From assembly GCA_951812855.1 (NCBI GenBank), contig OX638337.1, positions 1,440,001 through 1,472,000 on the forward strand: a stretch of 32,000 bases of DNA, in the 5' to 3' direction. The position numbers were made by a program, and so were the translations under genes. The notes beneath the pieces are model-generated. The model made no database searches. It saw only the letters and a program-made list of their open reading frames with translations, and was not told where the DNA came from. The stretch is from an uncultured Lentisphaeria bacterium. Lineage in GTDB: Bacteria; Verrucomicrobiota; Lentisphaeria; JABSQK01; JAJFLO01. Of this stretch, positions 1 to 9,260 are shown piece by piece (positions within the stretch are counted from its first letter, which is position 1; each line of letters opens with the position of its first letter).

Positions 1-1
1 A

Positions 2-544
2 TTCATCCAATCCGCGTTTGTCGAAGAGAATTACCGTAAACAATTCACCGATGCCCTTGATCATTGTATTGACATGGGAAAAATCAAATACGCAATTTAC
101 ACCGATAAGATTTATATCAGTATCTTTAAGGAAAAATCTCAGGAGTACCGGAAAATTTTGAAGTTATCAAATCGAGACAGCCTGCGTGATACCTTCTACT
201 CAGAAGTGCTTGACCTCATCGCATCTTACGAATGTGGCTTTGCTGATATTCTGGAAGACGCTTTCAGGAACAAAGGTCGAAAGCTTACGAACTGGGAAGT
301 CGACCGTCTATTTAAGAAATTCGAGAAGCAGGCTCACTGGAAGCCGCTCATTGAAAAAGCTCGTAACAAAATGGCCAGCCGTGACCTGGTTTTTCGTGAT
401 GCTCTTCATCTCCAGTTAAAAGACTGTATAACGCCACTTCAGCGGGATGAATTCGAACGATTCCTCGGGGAGAAAAGTCAAGAACTTGCCGAACGTCTTG
501 ACGAAGCCGGGGATGTATTGAAACGCCTCAAGGAGCGCGAGTAA
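2..544 (+). CDS. Hypothetical protein, 5'-truncated by the window edge. Translationally coupled upstream partner of the Doc toxin gene, possibly a non-canonical antitoxin or regulator.
   Basis: Frame 2 is open from base 2, with no stop before the first ATG at 74, so the gene probably starts upstream of the window. Its TAA stop (542-544) shares a base with the ATG of the next gene (544-546). The segment YAIYTDKIYISIFKEKSQEYRKILKLSNRDSLRDTFYSEVLDLIASYE resembles, from memory only, a pattern seen in phage antirepressor / ORF6C-type C-terminal domains. Confidence 0.6.
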   Translation, partial: FIQSAFVEENYRKQFTDALDHCIDMGKIKYAIYTDKIYISIFKEKSQEYRKILKLSNRDSLRDTFYSEVLDLIASYECGFADILEDAFRNKGRKLTNWEVDRLFKKFEKQAHWKPLIEKARNKMASRDLVFRDALHLQLKDCITPLQRDEFERFLGEKSQELAERLDEAGDVLKRLKERE

Positions 545-1005
545 TGGGTTTTGTCTATCTCACCCTTGAACAAGCAATCGATATCCATGCTCTGACGGTG
601 GATAAGAGCGGCGGCGGTGAAAAAGGGCATCTTGAAATAGGGAATTTGGAATCTGTCCTGGATAATATCCAAAATGATGACTACTACCCCACCTTTGATG
701 CCAAACTTACCCATCTATTTCATTCAGCCTGTAAATTTCATTGTTTTCAAGATGGAAACAAGCGGATTGCCATTACGCTTTGTGTCAGGATGTTAATAGA
801 TAATGGGTACTTAAGGAGTATTAATGGCTTTATCCAAAAATCAGAAAACATCAGCTACCATGTTGCAGCCGGAGTAATTTCTAAAGAACTTCTCGGCGAG
901 TGGATGTTAGCCATATTGACAGGTGAAGAAGAGGATGAGTCATTGAAATTGAAAATTTTGAACGCAGTCACACAAGAATCTAAGTCCGAAGAATACAACT
1001 CATGA
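544..1005 (+). CDS. doc: Death-on-curing (Doc) family toxin, Fic-fold kinase
   Basis: 153-aa ORF with the Doc/Fic active-site motif H-x-F-x-D-G-N-K-R (HCFQDGNKR, nt 739-765). The N-terminus (YLTLEQAIDIHALTVDKSGG) is typical of Doc-family toxins. Start and stop overlap the neighbouring genes on both sides. Confidence 0.88.
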   Translation: MGFVYLTLEQAIDIHALTVDKSGGGEKGHLEIGNLESVLDNIQNDDYYPTFDAKLTHLFHSACKFHCFQDGNKRIAITLCVRMLIDNGYLRSINGFIQKSENISYHVAAGVISKELLGEWMLAILTGEEEDESLKLKILNAVTQESKSEEYNS

Positions 1006-4000
1006 AATTCACTGAAGGGCAACTTGAAGCTGCTATCATCGAACTTCTCGGAGAGGAGGGCTACCCGCATGTATTGGGTAAGACGATTGAGCGTCAACGG
1101 CAGGAGGTGTTGATCAAGGCAGATTTAAATGAATTTTTGGCGAAAAAGTATGCAAAAGACGGGATTACGCCAGGTGAAATTGATTCGGTGATTCACCAGT
1201 TGGAAGCTTACTCTGCATCCGATCTTTACGAGAGCAATAAGGCAATCATGAAGCTGGTCTCAGATGGCTTTCTGCTGAAGCGGGAAGATCACACCCGGAA
1301 GGACCTGTATATTCAGCTGATCGATTATTCAGACTTAGCGGCGTTTCGGGAACCGAAGGAGGGGGAGATTCCGCATATTCTTGCAGATGATTCGGAGACT
1401 TATAAAAGAAAACTGAACATTTTCAAGATCGTCAATCAGCTGGAGATCGTCGGTCACGAAACTCGCATCCCTGACGGCATTCTCTATATCAACGGCCTGC
1501 CTCTGGTGGTGTTTGAGTTCAAGAGTGCGATCCGCGAGGAGACAACGATTCACGATGCCTTCCTGCAGCTTACCAACTGCTACAGGCGCGACATCCCGGA
1601 ACTGTTTAAATACAATGCACTTTGCGTGATCAGCGACGGGGTGAATAACAAGGTGGGTTCGTTTTTCGCATCATACGAATTCTTCTATGGATGGCGGAAG
1701 ACGGATGGCAGCGACCTGATCGAGAAAGACGGGATCGACTCGCTCTATTCGATGATTAAAGGACTGTTTCATCCGACCCGCCTCTGTGATGTGATCCGAA
1801 ATTTCGTTTACTTTCCTGATACTTCCCGGAAGGAGGAGAAGATCCTTTGCCGGTATCCCCAATATTACGCGGCGACGAAGTTGTATCGAAATATATTGCA
1901 GCATATGTGTCCCGAGGGCGATGGTAAGGGCGGCACGTATTTTGGGGCGACAGGCTGCGGCAAGAGTTTTACCATGTTGTTCCTGGTGCGACTGTTGATG
2001 AAGAGTGTGGATCTTTCAAGCCCAACGATTGTGTTAATCACAGACCGCACGGATCTGGACGATCAGCTCTCGGGATTGTTTACCAATAGCAAGGGCTGCA
2101 TCGGGGATGAGTCGGTCATTAGTGTTGAGAGCCGCGAGCATCTGCGGGAACTGTTGAAAGGGTGCAACAGCGGCGGGGTCTTTCTGACCACGATTCACAA
2201 GTTTACGGAGGATACGGAACTGCTGGCGGAGCGGAATAACGTGATCTGCATCTCGGACGAGGCACATCGCACCCAGGTGAATCTGGACCAAAAGGTCAGA
2301 ATAACCGAAGACGGGGTGAAGCGGACTTTCGGGTTTGCCAAATATCTGCATGATTCGTTGCCAAACGCGACCTATGTGGGCTTCACCGGCACGCCGATTG
2401 ATGCGACGCTGGATGTGTTCGGTGAGGTGGTGGACGCTTACACGATGACGGAATCGGTGGCTGATGACATCACGGTGTGCATTGTTTACGAAGGCCGGGC
2501 AGCGAAGCTACTGCTCAACAACCGTAAGCTGGAGGAGATCGAGGATTACTACGCCTGCTGTGCGGATGACGGGGCCGGCAACTACGCTATTGAGGAGAGT
2601 AAACGGGCTAATCTGAAGATGACTGCTATTCTCGGGGACCCTGACCGTCTGAAGGCTTTAGCTGCAGATTTCGTCGATCACTATGAGGCGCGGATCAAAG
2701 AATGTGCTACAGTTGCGGGCAAGGCGATGTTTGTTAGCAGCAGCCGTCCAACAGCTTATAATTTTTACAGGGAAGTGATTGCTCTTCGTCCCGAATGGGC
2801 AGAAGTGAAGGTATGTGCTGATGGGGAGGAACTCACGGAACAAGAGAAGAAACAGATCATGCCGATGGAACGCATCAAGCTGGTGATGACCCGTGGTAAG
2901 GATGATGAAGCGGTTTTGTACGATATGCTCGGGACCAGGGAGTATCGAAAAGAATTGGATCGGCAGTTCAAAATAGCCAGGTCTAATTTTAAAATTGCCA
3001 TCGTGGTGGATATGTGGCTCACCGGCTTTGATGTGCCGTTTCTTGACAGCATGTACATTGACAAGCCGGTTAAACGGCACAGCCTAATTCAGACTGTCTC
3101 CCGGGTGAATCGGAAGTATGGGGAAAAGAAAAAGGGTCTGGTTGTCGACTATATCGGCATCAAGAAGCAGATGAACCTGGCTCTGGCACATTACGCGAAA
3201 ACCGATATGGCAGTCTTTAAGGAAATTAAAGACTTCGTTGTCGTTGTCAGAGACCGTCTGGATCTGATGCGGGCGATCTTCCATAAATTCGACTCCGCCC
3301 CGTATTTCTCCGATCAGCCAATCCAGCAACTGAACTGCCTCAACATGGCAGCGGAATATGTCCAGGTGACGGATAAGATCGAGAAGCGCTTTATGCTCCT
3401 GGCCAAACAGATGAAAGCCGCCTATGACATCTGCGTTGGGTGTAATGAATTTACTCAGGGCGAGCGGGATTATGTTCATTTTTATATGGCAGTCCGAACC
3501 ATAGTCTTTAAACTGACCCGGGGCAATGCCCCCGACCTCACTCAAATGAACGGCAGGGTACAAGAAATGGTCGCCGAAGCGTTGAAGAGTGATGGGGTCG
3601 AGGAAATCTTCAAGATGGGCCGGGGGGATACGAGTGAGGTGGACATTTTCGATCCGGACTACATGGCAAAGATTGGGAAGATCAAACTGCCGAACACAAG
3701 AGTAAAGCTGCTCCGGAAGTTACTGGCCGGGGCAATCGAAGAGTTCAAGAAGGTAAACAAGCTCAAGGGTGTTGACTTTTCCAGACAATTCAAAGCCCTG
3801 GTGGAGAAATACAATGATCGGAGCGAGCAGGACGTCCTCCGGAGCGAAGTGCTCGAAGAGTTCACGGACGAGATTATAGACTTGTATCATGCTGTAAAGA
3901 AGGAAAAAAACTCCTTTACGGATAGTGGTATCGATTTCGAAGAAAAGGCGTTCTACGATATTCTCAAGGCTCTTACTGTTAAATATGATTTTGAATACCC

Positions 4001-4226
4001 GGAGGAAAAGCTGATCACGCTTTCTCAGATGGTGAGAAAAGTCGTAGATGATAAGGCGAAATATACTGATTGGAGTAAGCGCGACGACATTAAAGCTGGA
4101 CTGAAAGCTGGCCTTATAGTGCTACTTGACGAACATGATTATCCACCGATTACCCATGACGAGGTTTACAAAGAAATCTTCGAGCAGGCAGAAAACTTTA
4201 AGAAGTATCAAGGAAATACAAGGTGA
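1002..4226 (+). CDS. hsdR: Type I restriction endonuclease subunit R (HsdR)
   Basis: 1074-aa ORF. It has an N-terminal nuclease-like segment (PDGILYINGLPLVVFEFKS), a helicase Walker A (GATGCGKSFT) and a DEAH box (DEAHR, nt 2256-2270). The C-terminal region is typical of HsdR (EEKAFYDILKAL...DWSKRDD). ATGA overlap with doc at 1002-1005. Confidence 0.95.
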   Translation: MKFTEGQLEAAIIELLGEEGYPHVLGKTIERQRQEVLIKADLNEFLAKKYAKDGITPGEIDSVIHQLEAYSASDLYESNKAIMKLVSDGFLLKREDHTRKDLYIQLIDYSDLAAFREPKEGEIPHILADDSETYKRKLNIFKIVNQLEIVGHETRIPDGILYINGLPLVVFEFKSAIREETTIHDAFLQLTNCYRRDIPELFKYNALCVISDGVNNKVGSFFASYEFFYGWRKTDGSDLIEKDGIDSLYSMIKGLFHPTRLCDVIRNFVYFPDTSRKEEKILCRYPQYYAATKLYRNILQHMCPEGDGKGGTYFGATGCGKSFTMLFLVRLLMKSVDLSSPTIVLITDRTDLDDQLSGLFTNSKGCIGDESVISVESREHLRELLKGCNSGGVFLTTIHKFTEDTELLAERNNVICISDEAHRTQVNLDQKVRITEDGVKRTFGFAKYLHDSLPNATYVGFTGTPIDATLDVFGEVVDAYTMTESVADDITVCIVYEGRAAKLLLNNRKLEEIEDYYACCADDGAGNYAIEESKRANLKMTAILGDPDRLKALAADFVDHYEARIKECATVAGKAMFVSSSRPTAYNFYREVIALRPEWAEVKVCADGEELTEQEKKQIMPMERIKLVMTRGKDDEAVLYDMLGTREYRKELDRQFKIARSNFKIAIVVDMWLTGFDVPFLDSMYIDKPVKRHSLIQTVSRVNRKYGEKKKGLVVDYIGIKKQMNLALAHYAKTDMAVFKEIKDFVVVVRDRLDLMRAIFHKFDSAPYFSDQPIQQLNCLNMAAEYVQVTDKIEKRFMLLAKQMKAAYDICVGCNEFTQGERDYVHFYMAVRTIVFKLTRGNAPDLTQMNGRVQEMVAEALKSDGVEEIFKMGRGDTSEVDIFDPDYMAKIGKIKLPNTRVKLLRKLLAGAIEEFKKVNKLKGVDFSRQFKALVEKYNDRSEQDVLRSEVLEEFTDEIIDLYHAVKKEKNSFTDSGIDFEEKAFYDILKALTVKYDFEYPEEKLITLSQMVRKVVDDKAKYTDWSKRDDIKAGLKAGLIVLLDEHDYPPITHDEVYKEIFEQAENFKKYQGNTR

Positions 4227-4254
4227 ATAAAGATTGAGGCCGGCCATGATGATT

Positions 4255-4605
4255 AGGTAGAAATCTCCAGCTCAAAATCACTTGGAATAAGCGACAGCAT
4301 CAGGATCGCAGCCTGGGTCAATTTGACAAATCCCGACACTATTCAGGACGGCTTTTCTGTATATCAGCTGCCCGGATATCACCATAGACGATTATGTACT
4401 ACTAATATGGAAGAAAACATAAACAAGCAATTAAAGCGACGAACACGCGTCGCATCACTCTTCCCAAACGAGGCATCATTACTTAGATCGGCAAGTGCCA
4501 TTTTGATCAAAATCAGTGACCAACGGGACGCTGGAAAACGGGACCTGGAAATGGATGATTAATGACGTGCGATTATCAAATTACAGAAGAAAATTTGCAT
4601 TACCG
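4255..4605 (+). mobile_element. IS256-family-derived, internally deleted (MITE-like) element, copy A
   Basis: Starts AGGTAGAAATCTCC and ends ...AAATTTGCATTACCG. The same two termini bound an inverted copy at 27046-27368. It contains only the last ~100 codons of an IS256-type transposase. The terminal GGTA...TACC is inverted. The left end resembles the G-TA-AAGTCC-TAT pattern I recall for the IS256 terminal repeat (memory, unverified). Confidence 0.7.
4257..4562 (+). pseudogene. IS256-family transposase, C-terminal remnant (roughly the last quarter of the protein)
   Basis: The frame is open from 4257. The translation ...YQLPGYHHRRLCTTNMEENINKQLKRRTRVASLFPNEASLLRSASAILIKISDQRDAGKRDLEMDD matches the conserved IS256/mutator C-terminus (FP..HW..LRTTN.LE.LN..IKRRT.V..IFPN..S.LRL..A.L.E..EEW). 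No DDE catalytic region is present upstream. Confidence 0.85.
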
Positions 4606-4662
4606 TATTATAAAACATTGAAATTGAAGTAAATATATTTTTAGAATTCATAATTCTGTCTT

Positions 4663-4739
4663 TGAAAACAGTTCTTTGTATTCTATGGTAGAGGTTGCTT
4701 TTATGATTTGATCGACCATTGAGTTATCTGAAAACAGTT
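4663..4739 (+). repeat. Direct repeat of the 11-mer TGAAAACAGTT (4663-4673 and 4729-4739). The core AAACAGTT recurs inverted at 4777-4784.
   Basis: Exact 11-nt matches read directly from the sequence, 66 bp apart, in the AT-rich region upstream of tig. Confidence 0.5.
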
Positions 4740-4774
4740 GGTTTGCAATATCTTGTTAGTTGTCCATAACGTTT

Positions 4775-4937
4775 CGAACTGTTTGTTGAAAAATCTGTAC
4801 GCCTGATAAATAATTCTTTGTTAATTACGGAATTAATAAGTAAAATCGATTCGGCAGAAGCGTTTCATGCAAACTGAAACGTAAAAAAACACCTGGTTCT
4901 ACTTATGGAATTTAACAAAATTCAAAGGGATTAATCA
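4775..4937 (+). repeat. tig promoter/leader region (repeat X), paralogous to 26851-27045 (repeat Y)
   Basis: Colinear shared blocks with Y: TTTGTTG[A/G]AAAATC (13/14), TACGCCTGA (9/9), TAATT, TTAATA, GTT[C/T]TACTTATG (11/12), AATTTAA (7/7), AATTCAA (7/7), GG.GATT..TC. Confidence 0.6.
4783..4812 (+). promoter_or_regulatory. Candidate sigma70-type promoter for tig (TTGTTG ... TG-n-TAAATA)
   Basis: TTGTTG at 4783-4788. Extended -10-like TGaTAAATA at 4804-4812. About 125 nt upstream of the tig start. Spacing and hexamers are only moderately good. Confidence 0.25.
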
Positions 4938-6269
4938 TTGAATACAAGTAATATTTCGTTTAACACGACAGCAACAGAACCATGCCATTGCTCAATTGAA
5001 ATCAGTATACCGGCTGAAGAAGTGAATTCAGTTTTCCATGATGTTGAAGAAACGTTTATGATTCATGCCAGACTTCCGGGCTTCAGACAGGGAAAGGTCC
5101 CCCATAATTTAATTAAAAAACGCTTTGCAGATAAGATCATTGATGAGGTAAAACAAGAACTCATTCGAACCAGCCTACACACTGCAATTGAACAATGTGA
5201 TGAGAAACCAATAACCACACCAGTATTTAAAAATGATAAAGTTGGCGATATAAAAGAAAATCAACCGTTTATATATGATATCGAATTTGATGTCGCACCA
5301 AAAGTGACGTTGCCAGACTATAAAGAAATAAAAATAGATTTCCCTGACTCAGAACCCGGTGAACAGGAAGTTGTCGATGCAATTGAGCTTATCCGTTCTG
5401 AACGGGCAACATATGAAAAAGTGGAGTCGCCGGCATCGACAAAGGATATGTTGAGAGTAAGCTACGCCTCAGAATTCGACGATGATGACATACCTGAATC
5501 TGCAGCCAAACTTTTAGCAGCGGAAGAAACATGGCTCATACTGGCAGAACCCGAGATACTTCCCGGAATTATAGAGGGACTTACAGGGGTTTCAGAAGGA
5601 ACCGATGTCAACCTGACCATAAAATTTCCAGATGACTTTCACGAAAAATTTCTGTCTGGCAAAGCAATACCGTATACCATTAAAGTGCTCGAAGTGCATT
5701 CCTCTAAAATTCCTGAACTTGATGATGATTTTGCAAAAACGTTAGGAACAGAATCACTTTCTGAATTAAAAACATTAATAAAACAAAGACTTTCAATGAA
5801 TAAATTGATGCAAAGCAAATCAATGATTCAGGAACAGGTAAATAACTATTTGTTGAATGAAACACCCCCCATTCCATTACCGCAAAGAGTGTTGGAACAA
5901 GAAAAATATTATACACTTGTTTCAAAAATAATAGAAAAACAAAAAGAGAACCAATATACAACAGACGAAGAAATTAGTGAAAATAAAGAAGAACTTCAGA
6001 AAAATGTAGATGAAGAAGCCGAAAATCGCTTAAAACTAAATTATATTGTTCAGGAAATTGCAAAGCAGGAGAACATTGAAATTAAGCAAGAGAAAATTGA
6101 CGCATATTTTAACGATGTTAAAGATCAGCATGAACGTCAGGCCAGGAAGCAAAATAGAAAATTTGACGCTGAAGAACTTAAGTTAAAGATTGGAGCAAAT
6201 ATACTAAATTCGAAGGTATTTGAGAAACTGATTGAGTATGGCCAGGCGAATCAAAAAAATGAAAAATAA
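4938..6269 (+). CDS. tig: Trigger factor
   Basis: 443-aa ORF starting at TTG 4938, with AAGGGA (4925-4930) 7 nt upstream. It has the ribosome-binding signature region (LPGFRQGKVP). It sits directly upstream of clpP-clpX, the classic tig-clpP-clpX order. Confidence 0.93.
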   Translation: MNTSNISFNTTATEPCHCSIEISIPAEEVNSVFHDVEETFMIHARLPGFRQGKVPHNLIKKRFADKIIDEVKQELIRTSLHTAIEQCDEKPITTPVFKNDKVGDIKENQPFIYDIEFDVAPKVTLPDYKEIKIDFPDSEPGEQEVVDAIELIRSERATYEKVESPASTKDMLRVSYASEFDDDDIPESAAKLLAAEETWLILAEPEILPGIIEGLTGVSEGTDVNLTIKFPDDFHEKFLSGKAIPYTIKVLEVHSSKIPELDDDFAKTLGTESLSELKTLIKQRLSMNKLMQSKSMIQEQVNNYLLNETPPIPLPQRVLEQEKYYTLVSKIIEKQKENQYTTDEEISENKEELQKNVDEEAENRLKLNYIVQEIAKQENIEIKQEKIDAYFNDVKDQHERQARKQNRKFDAEELKLKIGANILNSKVFEKLIEYGQANQKNEK

Positions 6270-6293
6270 CTGCTAAATGTGTAGGAGTATGAT

Positions 6294-6893
6294 ATGGAGA
6301 AAATGACATTGGTGCCAATGGTTGTAGAACAAAGTGCACATGGCGAACGTGGATATGATATTTATTCCCGATTATTAAAAGATAGAATTGTAATGTTAGG
6401 TACCCCGGTTGATGATGCCGTTGCTAATTTACTGATTGCTGAATTTTTATACCTTCAATCTGAAGACCCCCAAAAAGATATCGATTTTTATATTAACAGT
6501 CCCGGAGGATCCGTAACAGCAGGATTGGCAATTTACGACACGATGAACATCCTAAGTTGTGAAATTAGAACCTATTGCGTTGGCCAGGCAGCCAGTCTTG
6601 GTGCTGTACTGTTGGCCGCTGGCACAAAAGGGAAACGTTATGCACTGCCGAATGCCCGAATCATGATTCATCAGCCATGGGGGGGGACACAGGGAACCGC
6701 TGCTGATATTGGTATTCAAGCTAAAGAAATAGTCAGATTGAAAGCGTCCTTAAATAAAATCATGGCACATCATACTGGCAACAAAATCACAAAAATTGAA
6801 AAAGATGCTGACCGAGATTTTTTTATGTCTGCCCGGGAAGCGTGTGATTATGGTCTGGTAGATTCGGTAGTAACGAAAAAATCTGACAAATAA
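6294..6893 (+). CDS. clpP: ATP-dependent Clp protease proteolytic subunit
   Basis: 199 aa. Ser-His-Asp triad contexts are [14 protein letters not shown] and DRDFFMSA. Strongly ClpP-like throughout. The start could alternatively be the ATG at 6303. Confidence 0.96.
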   Translation: MEKMTLVPMVVEQSAHGERGYDIYSRLLKDRIVMLGTPVDDAVANLLIAEFLYLQSEDPQKDIDFYINSPGGSVTAGLAIYDTMNILSCEIRTYCVGQAASLGAVLLAAGTKGKRYALPNARIMIHQPWGGTQGTAADIGIQAKEIVRLKASLNKIMAHHTGNKITKIEKDADRDFFMSAREACDYGLVDSVVTKKSDK

Positions 6894-6925
6894 TTTATCC
6901 CTCATTTTCAGTAAAGGATTAGTTT

Positions 6926-8248
6926 ATGTCAAAGAAAAAAGGAAGTGATATATTTTGTTCTTTTTGCCGCAGACCCCGAAGTGAAGCACCCGAACTAATC
7001 TCCAGCCCCGCAGGCATCTTTATCTGTTCAGATTGTGTAAAATTATGCAATAACATGATTGCGGGAAACGATACCGGTGACGGTCAGGTTTCACAAGCTG
7101 CTTCTGATTTGAATATACCGGAGCTTTTAGTTCCTGAACCTGCCGAGATGAAGAAAATACTGGATGAATACGTCGTGGGTCAAGATTTCGTGAAAAAGGT
7201 GTTATCGGTTGCAGTACATAATCATTACAAACGACTGCAGCATTTACGGGGAATGCAATCAGATAAAATACTTTTTAACGATGAGGTTGAAATTGAAAAA
7301 AGTAATATTTTACTGATTGGACCAACCGGTTCGGGTAAAACGTTATTGGCAAGAATATTAGCCAAAATACTGGATGTTCCATTCGCAATTGCTGATGCAA
7401 CGACTTTAACTGAAGCCGGATATGTTGGTGAAGATGTTGAGAATATTGTACTCCGGTTAGTTCAGTCATCAGAATATAACATTGAACGTGCCCAGGCAGG
7501 CATTATTTATATTGATGAAATTGATAAGATCTCCAAAAAGTCTGAAAACGTTTCGATTACACGTGATGTGTCTGGTGAAGGAGTCCAGCAGGCACTACTG
7601 AAAATACTGGAAGGCACAATCACAAATGTTCCTCCAAAAGGGGGGCGAAAACATCCTCACCAGGAATATTTGCAGGTGGATACCGGTAATATTCTGTTTA
7701 TCTGTGCAGGAGCGTATGTTGGGCTTGACAAAGTCGTGCAGCGACGATTGGGAAAACGTTTGCTGGGGTTTCATTCTGATTTGGATGACAATGAAGAAAA
7801 GAGGCTTGCTTCATACAGTAAAGATAACAAAGATATACTACGAGAAGTTCAACCCGAAGACTTACTTAAATTCGGTTTAATCCCTGAATTTATCGGTCGG
7901 CTGCCGGTGCTTGGAGTCCTTAACGAATTAACAGAAAGAGATCTGATCTCAATTCTTACCGATACGAAAAATGCGATAACAAAACAATATCAACAACTTT
8001 TTGCATTGGAAGATGTTGAATTGACATTCACGCGGGGGGCTTTAAAAGCACTTGCACAAAAGGCTATAAAAAGAGGTACAGGAGCTCGGGGATTGCGTTC
8101 TATTCTGGAAGCCGTCATGCTTAATATTATGTTCGAAATTCCTTCACGAAATGATATTAGTACCTGCACCATTACCGAACGGGTAATTAATAATAATGCA
8201 AATCCGATTTTAAATAAGATTAACAAAAAGGTATCCAATGTCGCTTAG
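6926..8248 (+). CDS. clpX: ATP-dependent Clp protease ATP-binding subunit ClpX
   Basis: 440 aa. N-terminal C4 zinc ribbon (CSFCRR...CSDCVKLC), Walker A GPTGSGKT, Walker [10 protein letters not shown], and the sensor region [10 protein letters not shown]. Confidence 0.97.
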   Translation: MSKKKGSDIFCSFCRRPRSEAPELISSPAGIFICSDCVKLCNNMIAGNDTGDGQVSQAASDLNIPELLVPEPAEMKKILDEYVVGQDFVKKVLSVAVHNHYKRLQHLRGMQSDKILFNDEVEIEKSNILLIGPTGSGKTLLARILAKILDVPFAIADATTLTEAGYVGEDVENIVLRLVQSSEYNIERAQAGIIYIDEIDKISKKSENVSITRDVSGEGVQQALLKILEGTITNVPPKGGRKHPHQEYLQVDTGNILFICAGAYVGLDKVVQRRLGKRLLGFHSDLDDNEEKRLASYSKDNKDILREVQPEDLLKFGLIPEFIGRLPVLGVLNELTERDLISILTDTKNAITKQYQQLFALEDVELTFTRGALKALAQKAIKRGTGARGLRSILEAVMLNIMFEIPSRNDISTCTITERVINNNANPILNKINKKVSNVA

Positions 8249-9260
8249 AAAAAATCCCAATATCATATATTTCATTCTCGTCAATCTTGCTTTCTCATTC
8301 GGGAATGCCATCAGTTCGCCAGCCCGGGAACAAGAATACACTGATGGAATTGTTGCAGTTGTTAACGATGAAGTTATCACTGTATACGATGTTGCTGAAT
8401 ACAATGCTGAGTTTGAGCGTAACCTAAAGAAAAGCATCGCCGGTTTAGATTTAGACGATACCGCCAAACACCAAAAATTGGTTAACGAAATTAATGTACA
8501 TCGGATTAAAGCGGCTCATAATTTAGTAAACGAGAAACTGATTTATGCTGAATTTAAAACAAAAGGGTATCAATTTCCTGAAGAACTGGTTGATAAACGA
8601 ATTGATTCTATAGTCATGTCATATACTGGCGGGGACAGGGGGAAGTTTGAAGAAATGTTACTGGAATCAAATACATCTATTACAAAGTTCAGAGAAAAAA
8701 TTAAGAGAAAATTGGCTGTAGATCTTCTGATAAACCAATCAATTGACCGAAATATTAAGATTTCACCCTACGAAGTTGAGACTTATTATAAAGAGAATAT
8801 CGACAAATATTCAGAACCATCTAGAGTTTTGTTACAAATTATTATGGTTATTCCTGATGAATTAAACAACAGAGAGGAATTTGAAAAGCGTGTAAAAACG
8901 ATTTCTGATGAAATTAAAAACGGAGTAGATTTTTCAGAACTGGCTAAACAGTATTCACATGATCCAAGTAAGAAAAACGGGGGTGAGCTGGGTTGGCTGG
9001 ACAAGAGTGATATCCGAATTGAATTTAAAGATGCACTGGGAGAAATTAAAAAAGGTGCCGTTTCAGATCATCTCATTCTCAATGGTTCAACCTATTTTGT
9101 CAAGGTTGCGGACTTGACAGAAGGTATAACTCATCCTGTTGGTGATGTCTATGATGAGATAAAAAAAAATCTTTATCGCACAGCGAAAAAGAAACGGTAT
9201 GAATCCTATATAGAAGAATTGAGAAGTAAAGCGTATATCCGCATTTTTTTTCAGGAATGA
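8238..9260 (+). CDS. surA: SurA-like periplasmic chaperone / parvulin-type peptidyl-prolyl isomerase
   Basis: 340 aa. It has a signal-peptide-like N-terminus ([19 protein letters not shown]), an N-terminal SurA-type helical region and one PpiC/parvulin domain ([27 protein letters not shown]). It overlaps the clpX end by 11 nt and the rsmA start by ATGA. Confidence 0.8.
   Translation: MSLRKNPNIIYFILVNLAFSFGNAISSPAREQEYTDGIVAVVNDEVITVYDVAEYNAEFERNLKKSIAGLDLDDTAKHQKLVNEINVHRIKAAHNLVNEKLIYAEFKTKGYQFPEELVDKRIDSIVMSYTGGDRGKFEEMLLESNTSITKFREKIKRKLAVDLLINQSIDRNIKISPYEVETYYKENIDKYSEPSRVLLQIIMVIPDELNNREEFEKRVKTISDEIKNGVDFSELAKQYSHDPSKKNGGELGWLDKSDIRIEFKDALGEIKKGAVSDHLILNGSTYFVKVADLTEGITHPVGDVYDEIKKNLYRTAKKKRYESYIEELRSKAYIRIFFQE

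Larger units (their letters stand above)
1..4605. other. Compositionally distinct (higher-GC) island segment: unknown gene, doc, hsdR, IS256-derived element. The left end lies outside the window.
   Basis: Hand counts of individual 60-nt lines: 29/60, 33/60, 30/60 and 31/60 G+C at 601, 2041, 3301 and 4441. Lines at 4621, 5701, 11401, 19021 and 28501 give 12/60, 20/60, 22/60, 22/60 and 22/60. The switch falls at about 4563-4620. Confidence 0.7.

Noticed and set aside
186-4226. Numerous 60-160-aa track ORFs nested in or antisense to the first gene, doc and hsdR (for example 186-419, 478-714, 855-1097, 2658-3080, 3084-3563)
   Set aside because: All lie inside strongly supported longer genes and show no recognisable motifs. 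Such ORFs are expected by chance in the ~50% GC island.
4323-4562. 79-aa ORF as an intact small gene
   Set aside because: It is the C-terminal tail of an IS256-type transposase with no catalytic region upstream, so I treated it as a pseudogene fragment inside a mini-element.
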